From positions 608,001 through 672,000 of the forward strand of contig OY970192.1 of assembly GCA_963708135.1 (NCBI GenBank): 64,000 nucleotides of DNA. Reading direction: 5' to 3'. The DNA comes from an uncultured Gemmatimonadales bacterium (GTDB taxonomy: Bacteria; Gemmatimonadota; Gemmatimonadetes; Longimicrobiales; RSA9). The position numbers were made by a program, and so were the translations under genes. Shown piece after piece: positions 61,508 through 64,000 of this stretch; positions within the stretch are counted from its first letter, which is position 1, and each line of letters begins with the position of its first letter. A model generated the notes under the pieces. That model saw nothing but the letters and a program-made list of their open reading frames with translations, was not told where the DNA came from and searched no databases.

Positions 61508-62983
61508 TCAGTGCTTTGTCGTGTCCGGCGCGGGCTTCGGCGCGGGCGCCTGCGGGCTCGGCGCCGGCGGCTGTCCGGCGGGCGCCGCGCCGGGCTGCCC
61601 CGGCGTCTCGGCGGGCCGGCTGGCCTCGACCTTGGAGACCACGGCCTGAACGGAGCGGTCGTACACCTCCGCGCCGTACTGCTCGCGCAGCGCGTAGGCG
61701 ACGGGGCCGAGCGGGATCACGTTCTGCTTGCCCTCGACGATCTCCGTGACCAGTCCCATGACCTTGCGCTCGAGCGCCTGCGGCTGCGTCTCGCCCTGCT
61801 GCGGCTTGATGTCGTCCAGTCCGGCGGACTTCACCACCTGCGCGAGCTGCTTGTGCGCCAGCGCGGCCAGCGAGTCGCGCTCCTGTTGCGTGGGCTTGAA
61901 GCCCTGCCGCGCGGCCTCGTCCACGAGGATCTTGTTGCGCGTCAGCCCCTCCAGCACGTTCTTCAGCTGGTCGTCCGTGGCCGAGCCGAACTGCGCCCGC
62001 CGGTTCGGCGGCAGCGCGCGCATGAGATCCATGATCTCCCCCGCCGTGAGCGCGCCGCCCTTGTAGGTGACGAGGTCGCGAGAAGCGGCGCGCCCGCTCA
62101 GCTTCATCTCCGGCTGCTTGGCCAGGTCGCGTACGACCGCGTAGGCGCCGTCCTGGACCGCGATGCCGAGCGGCTCCGTCAGCGACTTCACGTAGTCCTG
62201 CTCGGCCTTCTGCGAGCTGGTCTCGACCTGCTGCCGGCGGAACTCCTCCTTCTGCTGATCGAAGGGCGGGAGCTTCTTCTCCTCGACCTTGATGATGTGC
62301 AGCCCGAAGGGGGTCTCCACCACGTCACTGATCTCGCCCGGCTGCAGCTTGAAGGCCGCCTCCTCGAACGGCGCCACCATCTGCCCGCGGCTGAAGAAGC
62401 CGAGCTCGCCGCCCTTGTCCTTGCTGCCCGGATCCTCGCTGTACTTCTCGGCCAGCTTGCCGAAGTCCTCGCCGGCGACGGCGCGCGCCCGCACGCTCTT
62501 GGCGAGCTGCATGACGCTGTCGCGCTGCTCCGGCGTGGCGTCCGGCGGGATCCGGAACAGGATGTGACGTGCCTTGATCTCCAGGCTCGGCTGCTCCGTC
62601 TCGTAGAGATGCTTCAGCTGTGCGTCCGTGAAGCTCGTGTCCACGTGGATCACCTTGTCGCGCAGCTTCAGGACGACCTCCTGCTCGAGCGCCGGCTTGA
62701 CCAGCGGCGCCACATTCACCGACTGGAGCGTCGAGTCCTTCTGCGCCGCCGTCGCCAGCAGCGTGTAGTCGACCCAGAGGTTCGCCACCGCATCGACAAC
62801 CTGCGCCTGCGCCGGCAGGCGCGGGTTGCGCGCCATGAGCCCGGCCGTCTGGTCCACGCTCAGCTCGTGTCCGGCCGCGCGCGCCACCACGTTGGTGTGC
62901 GCCGTCATGGCCTGCCCGAAGCTGTCGCACGCCGGAACCATCAGCGCGCACAGGAGGGCCAGGTATGGAAGGTAACGCCTCAT
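61508..62983 (-). CDS. parvulin-type peptidylprolyl isomerase lipoprotein
   Basis: Lipobox-like PAC; KARHIL, YSEDPGS..GGELG, MVAPFEEAAF, ETPFGLHIIK. Confidence 0.88.
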   Translation of the reverse strand: MRRYLPYLALLCALMVPACDSFGQAMTAHTNVVARAAGHELSVDQTAGLMARNPRLPAQAQVVDAVANLWVDYTLLATAAQKDSTLQSVNVAPLVKPALEQEVVLKLRDKVIHVDTSFTDAQLKHLYETEQPSLEIKARHILFRIPPDATPEQRDSVMQLAKSVRARAVAGEDFGKLAEKYSEDPGSKDKGGELGFFSRGQMVAPFEEAAFKLQPGEISDVVETPFGLHIIKVEEKKLPPFDQQKEEFRRQQVETSSQKAEQDYVKSLTEPLGIAVQDGAYAVVRDLAKQPEMKLSGRAASRDLVTYKGGALTAGEIMDLMRALPPNRRAQFGSATDDQLKNVLEGLTRNKILVDEAARQGFKPTQQERDSLAALAHKQLAQVVKSAGLDDIKPQQGETQPQALERKVMGLVTEIVEGKQNVIPLGPVAYALREQYGAEVYDRSVQAVVSKVEASRPAETPGQPGAAPAGQPPAPSPQAPAPKPAPDTTKH

Positions 62984-63093
62984 CGTCTCTCCTTGACGGG
63001 CCTGCTGAACTGTAGGGGTGAGATCGGGCCACGATGCAGCCGGACCAACCTAGCGGAGAAGCGTACCCTGCGCCAGACAGCAGGATCCGCTGG

Positions 63094-64000
63094 TCACGCC
63101 GCGCGCTCTCCCCGCTTGTCGGCCAGCAGCTCGAAGACGGCGGCGAGAGTGCGGGTGATCGGCTCGGCGCCGAAGCGGCGGAGCACGAGCGAGAGCGGGC
63201 TCGTGCGGCGGACCTCGACCTGGACCTGCTGGTCGCGGAACGCGCCCTGGAGGGCGGCGAGGCGGGGGACGGTGCCGTCACGGAAGTTGACGCGGGCCTC
63301 GTCGCCGTGGACGAGGATGCGCTCGACGCCGAGGCGGGCGCCGAGGAGGCGCAGCGCCGCGCTGTCCAGCAGGCGCTGGACCTCGGCGGGCGGCGGGCCG
63401 AAGCGGTCGCGGATCTCCTCGGCGATGGCGGCCACCTGCTCGGGGCGCTCCATGCGGGAGAGGCGGCGGTAGAGGTGGAGCTTCTGGGACGCCTCGGGGA
63501 TGTAGCTGTCGGGGATCAGGGCGGCGCCCTGCATGGAGACCTCGGGGGGCTGGTGGCGCTCCACGGCGGCGTCGCCTTCCTTGAGCCGCTTGATGGTATC
63601 CTCGAGCAGGCGGGTGTAGGTGTCGAGGCCGACCGCGTGGACGAAGCCGGACTGCTGGGAGCCGAGGATGTTGCCGGCGCCGCGCAGCTCGAGGTCCTTG
63701 AGGGCGATGGCGTAGCCGCTGCCGAGCTCGGTGAAGTGCTCGAGGATGCGGAGCCGCTTCTCGGCCTCCTCGCTGACGCCCTCCGGCACGACGAGATAGC
63801 AGTAGGCGCGGTGGTGGGAGCGGCCGACGCGGCCGCGCAGCTGGTAGAGCTGGGCGAGCCCGAACTGGTCCGCGCGGTCCACGATGAGGGTGTTGGCGGT
63901 GGGCACATCGAGGCCGTTCTCGATGATGGCGGTGGTGACGAGGACGCGCACCTCGCCGTCGAGGAAGCGGCGCATGACGTGGTCGAGCTCGGCGGCGTTC
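63094..64000 (-). CDS. mfd: transcription-repair coupling factor, C-terminal part (start outside the window)
   Basis: TAIIENGLDVP, FGLAQLYQLRGRVGRS, DLELRGAGNILG, TRCF domain DRFG. Confidence 0.96.
   Translation of the reverse strand, partial: NAAELDHVMRRFLDGEVRVLVTTAIIENGLDVPTANTLIVDRADQFGLAQLYQLRGRVGRSHHRAYCYLVVPEGVSEEAEKRLRILEHFTELGSGYAIALKDLELRGAGNILGSQQSGFVHAVGLDTYTRLLEDTIKRLKEGDAAVERHQPPEVSMQGAALIPDSYIPEASQKLHLYRRLSRMERPEQVAAIAEEIRDRFGPPPAEVQRLLDSAALRLLGARLGVERILVHGDEARVNFRDGTVPRLAALQGAFRDQQVQVEVRRTSPLSLVLRRFGAEPITRTLAAVFELLADKRGERAA

Overview
A very GC-rich bacterial chromosome segment; gene content and style suggest Gemmatimonadota (inference only). It is mostly housekeeping: etfBA and ETF-QO; Mo/W-cofactor and tungstate uptake genes (moeA, mobA, fdhD, tupABC interleaved with TauE/DUF1634); pncB, acpS, an ANTAR regulator with a HisKA_2 kinase, glnA, a Fur/PerR regulator, dksA, acs, MoxR-DUF58-transglutaminase and guaB; many peptidoglycan enzymes; and moaC-holB-envC-ftsXE-pdxA-surA-mfd. 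The standout feature is a complete 1535-bp IS110-family element inserted into a DMT/EamA transporter gene at a CTCA microhomology. Its non-coding end reads as a full bridge RNA: a 5' hairpin, a target-binding loop and a donor-binding loop. The donor guides match the element's own circle junction exactly, the right target guide matches the insertion site, and handshake-like bases are present. Other notable items: a probable attenuator ahead of the ANTAR regulator, recurring sigma54-type promoters ahead of small or stress-type genes, a DacB-LysM2 fusion, a PHM-like copper protein, degenerate FdhD and ApbE, and two single-base lesions that create spurious ORF fusions. No rRNA, tRNA or CRISPR array was seen. 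All RNA structures and motif calls were made by eye.
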